DNA from: Thermococcus chitonophagus
GTDB taxonomy: Archaea > Methanobacteriota_B > Thermococci > Thermococcales > Thermococcaceae
NCBI RefSeq assembly: GCF_002214605.1
Contig: NZ_CP015193.1
Coordinates: 452,978-476,977, forward strand
Reading direction: 5' to 3'
Length of the DNA stretch: 24,000 nt
Below, piece by piece: positions 8,463 to 16,953 of this stretch. The position numbers and the translations under genes were made by a program. Below the pieces are notes generated by a model. It was not told the origin of the DNA. It ran no database searches and worked only from the letters and a program-made list of their open reading frames with translations. The first letter of the stretch is position 1. The number at the start of each line of letters is the position of its first letter.

Positions 8463-8508
8463 GCAAGTTCTAGTTTAATCTTCTCAATATTGGGTGGTAA
8501 TTTTAACA

Positions 8509-8835
8509 TTAATCAAGCAATTTTTGGAGAGTCTTCCTTAACTTCGCAATTACTTTTGGCGGAGCCGGCCCATCCAGACTTACTATCTTGACCTCCTCTC
8601 CATTCCTTATTCTCTCTATAACTTCGATGGCCCAGTCACAGGCTTCGGTGTAATTGTTTGCCTCCGTTATCTCGTCAACCCTATACCACTCGTTCTCCTT
8701 CTTGTCGTATATGGCTAGAGCTGGTGGAATCGGCTCGCAGGGGCAGTTAACATAAATTAACTCGATTATGAAGTCTCCAACATCTAGAAAACCTTCCTTC
8801 CTCAGCTCTTCTCTCCACCCCAAGTCCACCACCAT
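8509..8835 (-). CDS. Hypothetical protein (108 aa)
   Basis: An intact ATG-initiated ORF sits in its own intergenic frame. The composition is acidic and soluble. No motif was recognised. Confidence 0.55.
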   Translation of the reverse strand: MVVDLGWREELRKEGFLDVGDFIIELIYVNCPCEPIPPALAIYDKKENEWYRVDEITEANNYTEACDWAIEVIERIRNGEEVKIVSLDGPAPPKVIAKLRKTLQKLLD

Positions 8836-8908
8836 ATTTATGAAGAAAATTTCACCTTTTAAGCTTAAGGCTTATAATTGGCCATGCTGAGATTTTTAGG
8901 GTGATAAA

Positions 8909-9547
8909 ATGAGAATCCTCGCTATAACTGATATACACGGGAGCTACCAAGGAGTTAAGGCATTAGCAAGGCAAGCTGATGATTTTGATTTAATCCTAGT
9001 GGCTGGAGACATAACCCACTTCAGCAATGGGAAAGAGGCTGAAAAAATACTGTCCCCCCTTCTCGAAGCCGGAAAGCCGATCTTGGCGGTCATGGGAAAC
9101 TGCGATGGAAGGGATGTCCTTGAAACGTTGGAGAGGCTTGGGATAAGTGTCCACAATAAGAGAGTTGAAATTGGGGGCGTGGGAATAGTTGGATTCGGCG
9201 GCTCAAACGTCACACCGTTTTCGACGATATGGGAGTTTTCGGATGAAGAAATCTACGGGTCCCTAAGGAGGAACTACAGGGAAGGAGACGTTATTCTGAC
9301 TCACGCTCCTCCGTACGGTACGAAGCTAGACAAGACTTTCTCTGGAGTTCATGCAGGCAGTAGGGGGCTGAGGAAGTTTATCGAAGAGAGTCAGCCTCCT
9401 TTATGCATCTGCGGCCATATCCACGAGGGCAGAGGCGTGGAGAGGATAGGAAAAACGATAGCCGTCAATCCTGGCCCTCTCTCTCGTGGGTACTATGTGG
9501 TAATAGACTTGGAGGAGCTGAGGGTGGAGCTCAGGAAAATATCTTAA
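8909..9547 (+). CDS. Metallophosphoesterase (calcineurin-like phosphoesterase superfamily)
   Basis: The canonical metal-binding motif series is present: DIHG, GDITH, GNCD and GHIHEG. GGGTGAT SD-like sequence lies just upstream of the ATG. Confidence 0.8.
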   Translation: MRILAITDIHGSYQGVKALARQADDFDLILVAGDITHFSNGKEAEKILSPLLEAGKPILAVMGNCDGRDVLETLERLGISVHNKRVEIGGVGIVGFGGSNVTPFSTIWEFSDEEIYGSLRRNYREGDVILTHAPPYGTKLDKTFSGVHAGSRGLRKFIEESQPPLCICGHIHEGRGVERIGKTIAVNPGPLSRGYYVVIDLEELRVELRKIS

Positions 9548-9579
9548 GCATCTCGAGGGATGTATAGGTGGGAGGAGCT

Positions 9580-9855
9580 ATGGCAATAGTTAGGGCTCAC
9601 CTAAGAATATACGGCAGGGTTCAGGGGGTCGGCTTCAGGTGGAGCATGCAGAGAGAAGCAAGGAAGCTTGGCGTAAATGGCTGGGTGAGGAACTTACCTG
9701 ATGGGAGCGTTGAGGCCGTGCTTGAGGGTGAAGAGGAGAGAGTTGAGGCGTTAATAGGATGGGCCCATCAAGGGCCCCCACTGGCCAGGGTTACCAGGGT
9801 GGAGATACAGTGGGAAGAACCCAAGGGAGAAAGGGGATTCAGGATCCTGGGGTGA
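9580..9855 (+). CDS. acyP: Acylphosphatase (91 aa)
   Basis: The signature is [11 protein letters not shown] ... [12 protein letters not shown]. It is nearly identical to my recollection of the P. horikoshii acylphosphatase, which begins MAIVRAHL. I therefore use ATG 9580, preceded by GGTGGGAGGAG, rather than the track start 9568. Confidence 0.9.
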   Translation: MAIVRAHLRIYGRVQGVGFRWSMQREARKLGVNGWVRNLPDGSVEAVLEGEEERVEALIGWAHQGPPLARVTRVEIQWEEPKGERGFRILG

Positions 9856-10423
9856 AGATTACCTTCCTGGGGCAGTACTTGACCTCACACTTTGGGCATA
9901 TCATCCTCTCTTTATTCCTCTCTGGCGTGTGGATGACTATCTTTTCAAGTGCTCCTTCGGTTCTCATGGAGGCTATAACTTCAAAGGGGAGAACCCCTTC
10001 TATCACGAGGTAAGCTTTACTCTTGTCCTCATAAGGATTGCTACCAAATATCTCCACCACCCTAATCCTCTTCTCGGCCAAAATCTGAAGTACCTTTGCG
10101 AGAACCCTCTCGTAGGATCCCTTCTGTATTGTAAGCTCAAGCACCTCCCACCCCATAAGGGGGGCTATTGAAATTAAGCTCGACTTCGGGGAGAGGTTCT
10201 CGAAGAGTATCTTCAAGGCGGGCTTGGATTCTATGTATTCTATAGTGTGGTAGACTATCTTCCTGTTCACTCCAGTGGCCTGAGCTATTCCAGTTATGGG
10301 GACCTCAACATCTTTGATGTATACTTTACCATCCCTCACTGACAGTCCAGCGTTCCAAAGGAACTCCACGACCTTCCTCCTTGCTGGGTAGTTCTTGAAG
10401 TACTCCTCGAGTATGTGTATCAT
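9839..10423 (-). CDS. Putative transcriptional/metabolic regulator: N-terminal HTH-like domain plus ACT-like domain (COG2150-like), with a C-terminal Cys pair
   Basis: The N-terminal region ([19 protein letters not shown]...[23 protein letters not shown]) looks like wHTH. The central/C-terminal beta-alpha-beta-beta-alpha-beta-like segment ([32 protein letters not shown]...) is ACT-like. The tail is [12 protein letters not shown]. Start ATG 10423 lies 5 nt after GAGGTGA. Confidence 0.6.
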   Translation of the reverse strand: MIHILEEYFKNYPARRKVVEFLWNAGLSVRDGKVYIKDVEVPITGIAQATGVNRKIVYHTIEYIESKPALKILFENLSPKSSLISIAPLMGWEVLELTIQKGSYERVLAKVLQILAEKRIRVVEIFGSNPYEDKSKAYLVIEGVLPFEVIASMRTEGALEKIVIHTPERNKERMICPKCEVKYCPRKVIFTPGS

Positions 10424-10464
10424 TTTTGTCACCTCTTACTCAATACTGGGTAAAAATGTATATT

Positions 10465-10484
10465 TAAAGATTGCCCTAAAGATT
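10465..10484. promoter_or_regulatory. Direct repeat TAAAGATT-N4-TAAAGATT between divergent promoters; candidate operator
   Basis: Exact 8-mers lie at 10465-10472 and 10477-10484. The first overlaps the TATA-like TTTAAATATA of the regulator gene (minus). The second abuts TTTTTATATT, the likely guaB TATA (10483-10492). Confidence 0.35.
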
Positions 10485-10497
10485 TTTATATTCATAA

Positions 10498-11991
<1,494 letters not shown>

Positions 11992-12000
11992 CTTTTTTAA
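11992..12000 (+). terminator. Oligo-T tract after guaB
   Basis: CTTTTTTAA lies directly after stop TAG 11989-11991. Archaeal termination typically uses T-runs. The next gene starts only 22 nt later, so read-through is possible. Confidence 0.4.
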
Positions 12001-12022
12001 CCCTCCTCCTCTTCTTTTAGCG

Positions 12023-13261
12023 ATGGCCAAAAGCCTCAAGTGGAAGCTCATAGAAAACGCTGGCTGGCTTTTTGTTGCCGAACTACTCTCGAGGGTTCTA
12101 GCTTATGGTATAATAGTGGTCATGGGAAGGACTTTAGGCCCGGAAGGTCTGGGTCTTTACTCCTTCATTTTCTACTATGTTGGAATCCTGGGGATATTCT
12201 CAGACTTTGGTATTAACTTCTACATAACAAAAGAGGTATCTAAGGACAAGAACAGGCTTCACGACTTGGTTCCTGTGGCTTTGGGTTTAAAGATATTCTT
12301 AGCATTTCTTAATTTCATAATCCTAGCTGTTGTAACGTTCTTCCTGCCAAAACCACTTTGGGTGAAGCTTTTAATCTTGGCAGTTGGTGCTGAGGCCGTT
12401 CTTTATTGGGTGTCTCTCTTCTTCAGCGGAATTATGTATGCCCATGAAGTTACGAAGTACGAGTCTATAGTGAGAATCGCTGAAAGAGTGTGGGCCTTTG
12501 CGACGGGTGTTCCAATTTTGTACCATCTTAGATCCCTCAAGGCCTTCGTGGGAGCTTTAATAGTTGGGTATGCAATCAGGGACAGCATGAGGATATACTT
12601 CACAGTTAAACTTGCGGGATTCGTAAGGCCAGAGTTCAGGCCCAGGGAATGGCTTGGGATTATCAGGAAGTCGTATCCCTTCTGGTTGATCAACCTGTTT
12701 ACCATGATATACTATCAGACTGATGTTGTGATGCTAAACCTGCTGAGGGGAAACTACGAGACTGGCATCTATAGGGGTGCCTATATGTTCGTTCAGGTTG
12801 CTCTTTTGATACCTGGGATTGTTATTCCAACAATTCTCCCTCCAATGGCGAGGCTGTGGGAGGAGAACAAGGGAACCGTCAGGGTGCTGTTCAATAAGGC
12901 CTACCTTGCCCTCTTAGGTTTGGGAATCCTGGGTGCTGGAGGGTTAGTGGTATTTCCAAATCTCCTGATTAGCATTTTCTTGGGGAGCAAATTCCTCCCC
13001 AGCATCCCAGTTCTCAAGATCCTGGGGATTGCCGTTCCCTTCATGTTCCTTAACTCCCTCATAGGGAGTTTGATGAATGCAACCGGAAAGGAGCTAGAGT
13101 TCACAAAGATAGTCGGGTTTACGGCCCTCCTGAATGTCGTCCTTAACTACATCCTGATAATGAAGTATGGGGTATCTGGAGCCGCTACGGCCACCGTTAT
13201 ATCGCAGGCCTTTGTAACTATTGTTGGAAGTTATAAAGCTTACCAACATCTAAAAGCTTAA
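12023..13261 (+). CDS. Polysaccharide/oligosaccharide flippase, MOP superfamily (Wzx/RfbX-like polysaccharide biosynthesis protein)
   Basis: 412 aa with about 12 TM helices. The N-terminus is typical of Polysacc_synt proteins (KLIENAGWLFVAELLSRVLAYGIIVVMGRTLGPEGLGLYSF). Confidence 0.75.
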   Translation: MAKSLKWKLIENAGWLFVAELLSRVLAYGIIVVMGRTLGPEGLGLYSFIFYYVGILGIFSDFGINFYITKEVSKDKNRLHDLVPVALGLKIFLAFLNFIILAVVTFFLPKPLWVKLLILAVGAEAVLYWVSLFFSGIMYAHEVTKYESIVRIAERVWAFATGVPILYHLRSLKAFVGALIVGYAIRDSMRIYFTVKLAGFVRPEFRPREWLGIIRKSYPFWLINLFTMIYYQTDVVMLNLLRGNYETGIYRGAYMFVQVALLIPGIVIPTILPPMARLWEENKGTVRVLFNKAYLALLGLGILGAGGLVVFPNLLISIFLGSKFLPSIPVLKILGIAVPFMFLNSLIGSLMNATGKELEFTKIVGFTALLNVVLNYILIMKYGVSGAATATVISQAFVTIVGSYKAYQHLKA

Positions 13262-13285
13262 GTACTAGCTAAAGTAGTTCTAATT

Positions 13286-14143
13286 GTGAGGGTCCTTAGG
13301 GATTTGACTCCCCAGGAGGTTGAAGAGATCCGCAAAGAAGTGGAAAGGTTGAGGGAGGATGGTTTGAGCTATTCTGGGATAACTAAAGTCGTTGAGGAGG
13401 AATACGGGGTTAGGATCTCAAAGGCCACCGTGATTAGGTGGTGCAAGGGAGAGAGCGATCCCTTAAGGAAGGTTAGGAGGATTAACCTTGAGTCGCCTTT
13501 ATTAGCGTATGTAGTTGGTGTGTACTTTGGAGATGGGAGCGTAAGCCTTGACGAGAGGTATAGGTACAGAATAAGGCTTAAAGTCATTGACAGGGAGTTT
13601 GCAGAGGCTTTCGCCAAGGCTCTCGAGGGCATTGGGTTGAGGCCGAGCATCTACTGGGAGAACGATTCTTCAAGAGTGGGAAGGTGGGTCGTTGAAGCTA
13701 CAAGTAAGGAGCTCTACATGTTTCTAACTGGGTCGAGAGAGAAGCTGTTTGAAGTTGCGAGGAGGTGGCCCGTGGAATTCCTGCGGGGATTCTTTGATAG
13801 CGAGGGGAGCGTTTCCATAAGCAAAAAGAACCCACAAAAAGCCAGTATAACGGCGGATAACTACGACAAGGATGTCCTTGAATTCTGTAGGGAGTTGCTT
13901 GAGGGTATGGCAATTCACTCTACTGTTTACCTAGCTAGAAAGAAGGGAACAAAAGTTGTAATTAGAGGGCAGGAGTACAGGTACACCAGCGACCTTTACA
14001 GAATCAGCATTCACAGGAGGAGAAGTGTTGCGATGTTTGCTGAACTAGTTGGGTTCACCATACCACGAAAACAAGAGAGGCTGGAACTTTTTCTTCAAGC
14101 ATATTACTCAACATCTTCCGAAAATAATTACCACAGAAAATAA
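13286..14143 (+). CDS. Free-standing LAGLIDADG-family (double-motif) homing-endonuclease-like protein with an N-terminal HTH domain
   Basis: Two LAGLIDADG motifs are present: LLAYVVGVYFGDGSV (aa 72-86, nt ~13499-13543) and FLRGFFDSEGSV (aa 165-176, nt ~13778-13813). They lie 90 aa apart, and each keeps the terminal acidic residue (D83, E173). The N-terminal ~60 aa is HTH-like (LSYSGITKVVEEEYGVRISKATVIRWCKG). The start is GTG. No intein splicing blocks or intron context are present. Confidence 0.8.
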   Translation: MRVLRDLTPQEVEEIRKEVERLREDGLSYSGITKVVEEEYGVRISKATVIRWCKGESDPLRKVRRINLESPLLAYVVGVYFGDGSVSLDERYRYRIRLKVIDREFAEAFAKALEGIGLRPSIYWENDSSRVGRWVVEATSKELYMFLTGSREKLFEVARRWPVEFLRGFFDSEGSVSISKKNPQKASITADNYDKDVLEFCRELLEGMAIHSTVYLARKKGTKVVIRGQEYRYTSDLYRISIHRRRSVAMFAELVGFTIPRKQERLELFLQAYYSTSSENNYHRK

Positions 14144-14145
14144 AT
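14135..14145 (-). terminator. Oligo-T terminator candidate for tRNAi-Met, embedded in the stop region of the convergent LAGLIDADG gene
   Basis: The minus strand reads ATTTATTTTCT, 4-14 nt downstream of the tRNA 3' end. On the plus strand it spans the last codons and the TAA stop (14141-14143). Confidence 0.4.
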
Positions 14146-14148
14146 GTA

Positions 14149-14223
14149 TAGCGGGGGGAGGATTTGAACCTCCGACCTCCGGGTTATGAGCCCGGCGGGC
14201 ACTCCTAGCTGCCCCACCCCGCT
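14149..14223 (-). tRNA. Initiator tRNA-Met (anticodon CAT), 75 nt, no encoded CCA
   Basis: The minus strand folds by hand into a perfect cloverleaf: AGCGGGG-TG-GGGC-AGCTAGGAGT-GCCC-G-CCGGG-CTCATAA-CCCGG-AGGTC-GGAGG-TTCAAAT-CCTCC-CCCCGCT-A. Initiator hallmarks are the A1:U72 pair and three consecutive G:C pairs closing the anticodon stem. Confidence 0.93.
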
Positions 14224-14254
14224 ACGAGACCCAATACTAACTCTCAGTGCTGAC

Positions 14255-14262
14255 TTTATAAA
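14255..14262 (-). promoter_or_regulatory. TATA box for tRNAi-Met
   Basis: TTTATAAA is palindromic, and the minus-strand context is AAAGTTTATAAAG. It ends 31 nt upstream of the mature tRNA 5' end. Confidence 0.5.
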
Positions 14263-14279
14263 CTTTACGTATAAAAATG

Positions 14280-14540
14280 GACATTCAAACAAGGGCAAGG
14301 GTTTGTGCCCTCACCATTGATGGGGGGTTTGTGGGTCCTTCAAGGTGAGGTTCAGCCTGTGGGCCCGGTATAGGCAGTTATCCTACCGCTGAATGGCTAG
14401 GAATTATCTTGGAGGAGCTTTAAACTGCTCAAGGGCGGTTCTTGAAAAATGTCTACCTCCAATGCTGGAGGGTAACGTGAAACCCTTTACGGTGACCTCT
14501 TCGGAGTCCTACTAGTTACGGGATTTAACTACTGACTGCT
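14280..14540. other. ORF-free, relatively GC-rich island; candidate structured ncRNA or decayed gene remnant
   Basis: My hand count gives 121 G+C in 240 nt (about 50 percent) for 14281-14520. Three 60-nt samples of the 18031-18380 spacer give 25-32 percent. Adjacent hairpins can be drawn: 14293-14310, 14309-14350 (7+4 bp with one bulge), 14351-14393, 14428-14444, 14454-14474 and a UUCG-looped stem near 14494-14509. No ORF exceeds ~40 codons on either strand. Confidence 0.3.
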
Positions 14541-14600
14541 GTTTGTTGTTTTTACTGCATCCCCTAAAGGACGAGGCTTTCAGAGAAAATGTAAGGGTCA

Positions 14601-14614
14601 TAGAAAAAAGGAAA
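14601..14614 (-). terminator. Oligo-T terminator after the split glutamate synthase operon
   Basis: The minus strand reads TTTCCTTTTTTCTA immediately after stop TGA (14615-14617). Confidence 0.5.
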
Positions 14615-15442
14615 TCACTCCCCAGAATACAAAGCTCCGTAGGGTCTCTTGCTCTTCGGGATTATGGCGGTAAAGTTATCCCCCAGCAACTCATCTTTGT
14701 CGCAGTTGAAGTACTCGCAGAACTTCCCCACTTTCTCCTCCAGGAACTTCCAGTCTTCTTTATCAAGCTCCCCGAACGTAACTTCCTTTGCAAGCTGGTA
14801 CTCCTCCACCTTCCCCCTTATGAATATCTTACCTCCATGCATTCCCGTTCCTATGTACCTGGCTTTATGCCTATCAACTCCAATTCCCAGTACTATAACC
14901 CTTCCTCCGGCCATGTACTCTCCGAGGAAGTCTTGGGCTGTCTTTCCAATTACGAGGACTGGGTTCCTCTCCATATAGCCCTTCATGTGTATCGCCGCCC
15001 TGTAGCCAACGGTGTCCCTGATGTATATTTCCCCTCCGCGCATGCTCATTGCAACTACGTCTCCCGCCCTTCCGTGGACTATTATTTCACCTGAATCCAT
15101 GGTGTTTCCGACTCCATCTTGGGCGTTTCCATAGACTACTATTCTGTGGCCCGCAAGGAAGGCACCGAGGTCGTTTCCTGGGATCCCGTGTATCTCTATC
15201 TCAACCTTTATCCCGTTGAGGGCAAGCCTCGTTCCTATAAATCTCTGACCAAAAACGTTCCTCAGGATTATCTTCCTCGCTCCCCTTATGACGCACTCCC
15301 TTATTAGGTCATTTACCTCCTTGTGCGTTAGATCTCTCGCGTTTATCTCGGCAACTTCCCCTTCAACCTTCACGTATTCCGCGAGATCCTTTATGGGCCT
15401 CACCCTCTCTAAATATGGGTTAACTATTCCAGCCAAACTCAT
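14615..15442 (-). CDS. Glutamate synthase C-terminal (GXGXG-repeat beta-helix) domain protein, archaeal split-GltS subunit
   Basis: 275 aa with repeated glycine-rich turns typical of GltB domain 4 / FwdC-like beta-helix (HGIPGNDLGAFLAGHRIVVYGNAQDGVGNTMDSGEIIVHGRAGDVVAMSMRGGEIYI...). Its ATG overlaps the upstream stop (ATGA at 15439-15442). Confidence 0.8.
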   Translation of the reverse strand: MSLAGIVNPYLERVRPIKDLAEYVKVEGEVAEINARDLTHKEVNDLIRECVIRGARKIILRNVFGQRFIGTRLALNGIKVEIEIHGIPGNDLGAFLAGHRIVVYGNAQDGVGNTMDSGEIIVHGRAGDVVAMSMRGGEIYIRDTVGYRAAIHMKGYMERNPVLVIGKTAQDFLGEYMAGGRVIVLGIGVDRHKARYIGTGMHGGKIFIRGKVEEYQLAKEVTFGELDKEDWKFLEEKVGKFCEYFNCDKDELLGDNFTAIIPKSKRPYGALYSGE

Positions 15443-16947
15443 TCTCCCGCCCCCTTAATTCCTAAAACTTCAAGCTCCCAATCCTCTAGGCCAATACCCC
15501 TCAGGTGGTCCCTATTCCCCCTCAAGCTCTCAATTGCATTTATTCCCATTGCACCGAGCATTTCTTTTATTTCGAGACTCCAGGCCTTCAGAAGGTTGAT
15601 AAGCCTCTTAGCAGCTGCCTTTGGACTTAGCCTCCTCATTAAAACTGGATCTTGTGTCGTTATTCCCCAGGGACACTTCCCCGTGTAGCACTTCTGGCAC
15701 ATGGTACAGCCTATCGCAATTAACGCTGCAGTTCCAATGTAAACTGCATCGGCTCCAAGGGCTATTGCCTTCACTACATCTGCAGAATTTCTTATCCCTC
15801 CGGAAACTATCAGCGAGACCTCATGCCTTATCCCCTCTTCCCTTAACCTTCTGTCTACCGAGGCTAAGGCAAGCTCTATCGGGATTCCAACGTGATCCCT
15901 GATTATCTTTGGGGTTGCTCCTGTTCCTCCCCTGAAGCCGTCTATAACTATTGCATCGGCCCCAGCTCTTGCTATTCCGCTCGCTATTGCCGCTATGTTG
16001 TGAACGGCAGCAACCTTAACAAACACTGGCTTTTCGTAGTTTGTTGCCTCCTTTATAGCGTGAATTAGAGTTGCGAGGTCCTCTATCGAGTAGATGTCAT
16101 GGTGGGGTGCTGGAGACAAAGCATCGGTTCCCGGAGGGATCATCCTGGTTCTCGCTATTCCCTCCGTCACCTTCTCTCCGGGCAAATGCCCTCCAATTCC
16201 GGGCTTTGCTCCCTGTCCTATCTTGATCTCTATGGCCGCAGCTGAGTTTAGGTAGTCTGGATCAACGCCGAACCTTCCACTAGCGACCTGCACTATCGCG
16301 TGGTCCCCATACTTCTTCCTCAGCTCTGGTGGCAGGCCTCCTTCGCCCGTGCTGAACATCGTTCCGAACTCTTTAGCAGCCATAGCAATCGCGAGGAATG
16401 CGTTGTAGCTTAATGCACCGTAGCTCATTCCCGCGAACATTATCGGAGTTTCTATCTCCAGATTGGGGGGAATTTCGGTCTTTATCTCTATATTTTCTGG
16501 ATCTATTTCGAGTTGCCTGGGCTTCCTTCCTATGAAAGTCTTGAGCTCTATCGGCTCTCTGAGTGGGTCAATTGGCGGGTTCGTCACTTGGGAGGCATTG
16601 AGAAGGATGTGGTCAAAATAGACCTTGTACGGCTTATCGTTTCCAGTTCCAGTTAATAGAACTCCTCCTCCCTCTGACTGCCTCTTTATGTCGCTTATTA
16701 CCTCTTTTGTCCAGTAGGCGTTCGGCTTGTAGCTTCCCGGGTAGGGCCTTACTATGAGGGCATCCGTAGGGCAGAAGACTACGCACCTCTGGCAGCCGAC
16801 GCACTTGGTGTAGTCTATGAGGATGTCACTCTTGTCCTCATTCCACTGGTGAACTCCAAAGGGGCACTGATAGACGCAGGCCCCACACTTTATACATCTC
16901 TTATCATCCCTCTCAACGAGGAACTCGGGAAGAACGTGAGATATCAC
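15439..16947 (-). CDS. Glutamate synthase FMN/synthase-domain protein fused to an N-terminal 2x[4Fe-4S] ferredoxin domain
   Basis: Two ferredoxin motifs are present: CIKCGACVYQCP and CVGCQRCVVFCP. A GltB-type TIM barrel follows (KIGQGAKPGIGGHLPGEKV, SPAPHHDIYSIEDL, DGFRGGTGA, SGGIRNSADVVKAIALGADAVYIGTA). The GTG start lies 6 nt after GAGGTGA, which contains the upstream stop codon. Confidence 0.88.
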   Translation of the reverse strand: MISHVLPEFLVERDDKRCIKCGACVYQCPFGVHQWNEDKSDILIDYTKCVGCQRCVVFCPTDALIVRPYPGSYKPNAYWTKEVISDIKRQSEGGGVLLTGTGNDKPYKVYFDHILLNASQVTNPPIDPLREPIELKTFIGRKPRQLEIDPENIEIKTEIPPNLEIETPIMFAGMSYGALSYNAFLAIAMAAKEFGTMFSTGEGGLPPELRKKYGDHAIVQVASGRFGVDPDYLNSAAAIEIKIGQGAKPGIGGHLPGEKVTEGIARTRMIPPGTDALSPAPHHDIYSIEDLATLIHAIKEATNYEKPVFVKVAAVHNIAAIASGIARAGADAIVIDGFRGGTGATPKIIRDHVGIPIELALASVDRRLREEGIRHEVSLIVSGGIRNSADVVKAIALGADAVYIGTAALIAIGCTMCQKCYTGKCPWGITTQDPVLMRRLSPKAAAKRLINLLKAWSLEIKEMLGAMGINAIESLRGNRDHLRGIGLEDWELEVLGIKGAGE

Positions 16948-16953
16948 CTTATT

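Noticed and set aside
11992-12022. Polypyrimidine tract (CTTTTTTAACCCTCCTCCTCTTCTTTT) between guaB and the flippase gene, considered as a regulatory element
   Set aside because: It is most simply explained as the guaB oligo-T terminator plus a short spacer. The minus-strand complement (GAGGAGGAGGG) has no downstream ORF.
14393-14515. Roughly 40-codon plus-strand ORF (MARNYLGGALNCSRAVLEKCLPPMLEGNVKPFTVTSSESY) inside the GC-rich gap
   Set aside because: It has no SD or TATA at a suitable distance, no recognisable motif, and a length within random expectation. I treat the region as a non-coding candidate instead.
14515-14536. Possible degenerate copy of the tRNA T-arm (GGATTTAACTACTGAC versus GGATTTGAACCTCCGAC), which might mark an integrase att duplication
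   Set aside because: Identity is only about 70 percent over ~17 nt and requires a gap. No integrase or other mobile-element genes lie between the copies. This is compatible with chance.
14543-15094. Plus-strand ORFs 14543..15094 and 14649..14978
   Set aside because: They are antisense shadows of the GXGXG-domain glutamate synthase gene. They have Pro/Ser/Leu-rich nonsense-like composition and alternative-start artefacts.
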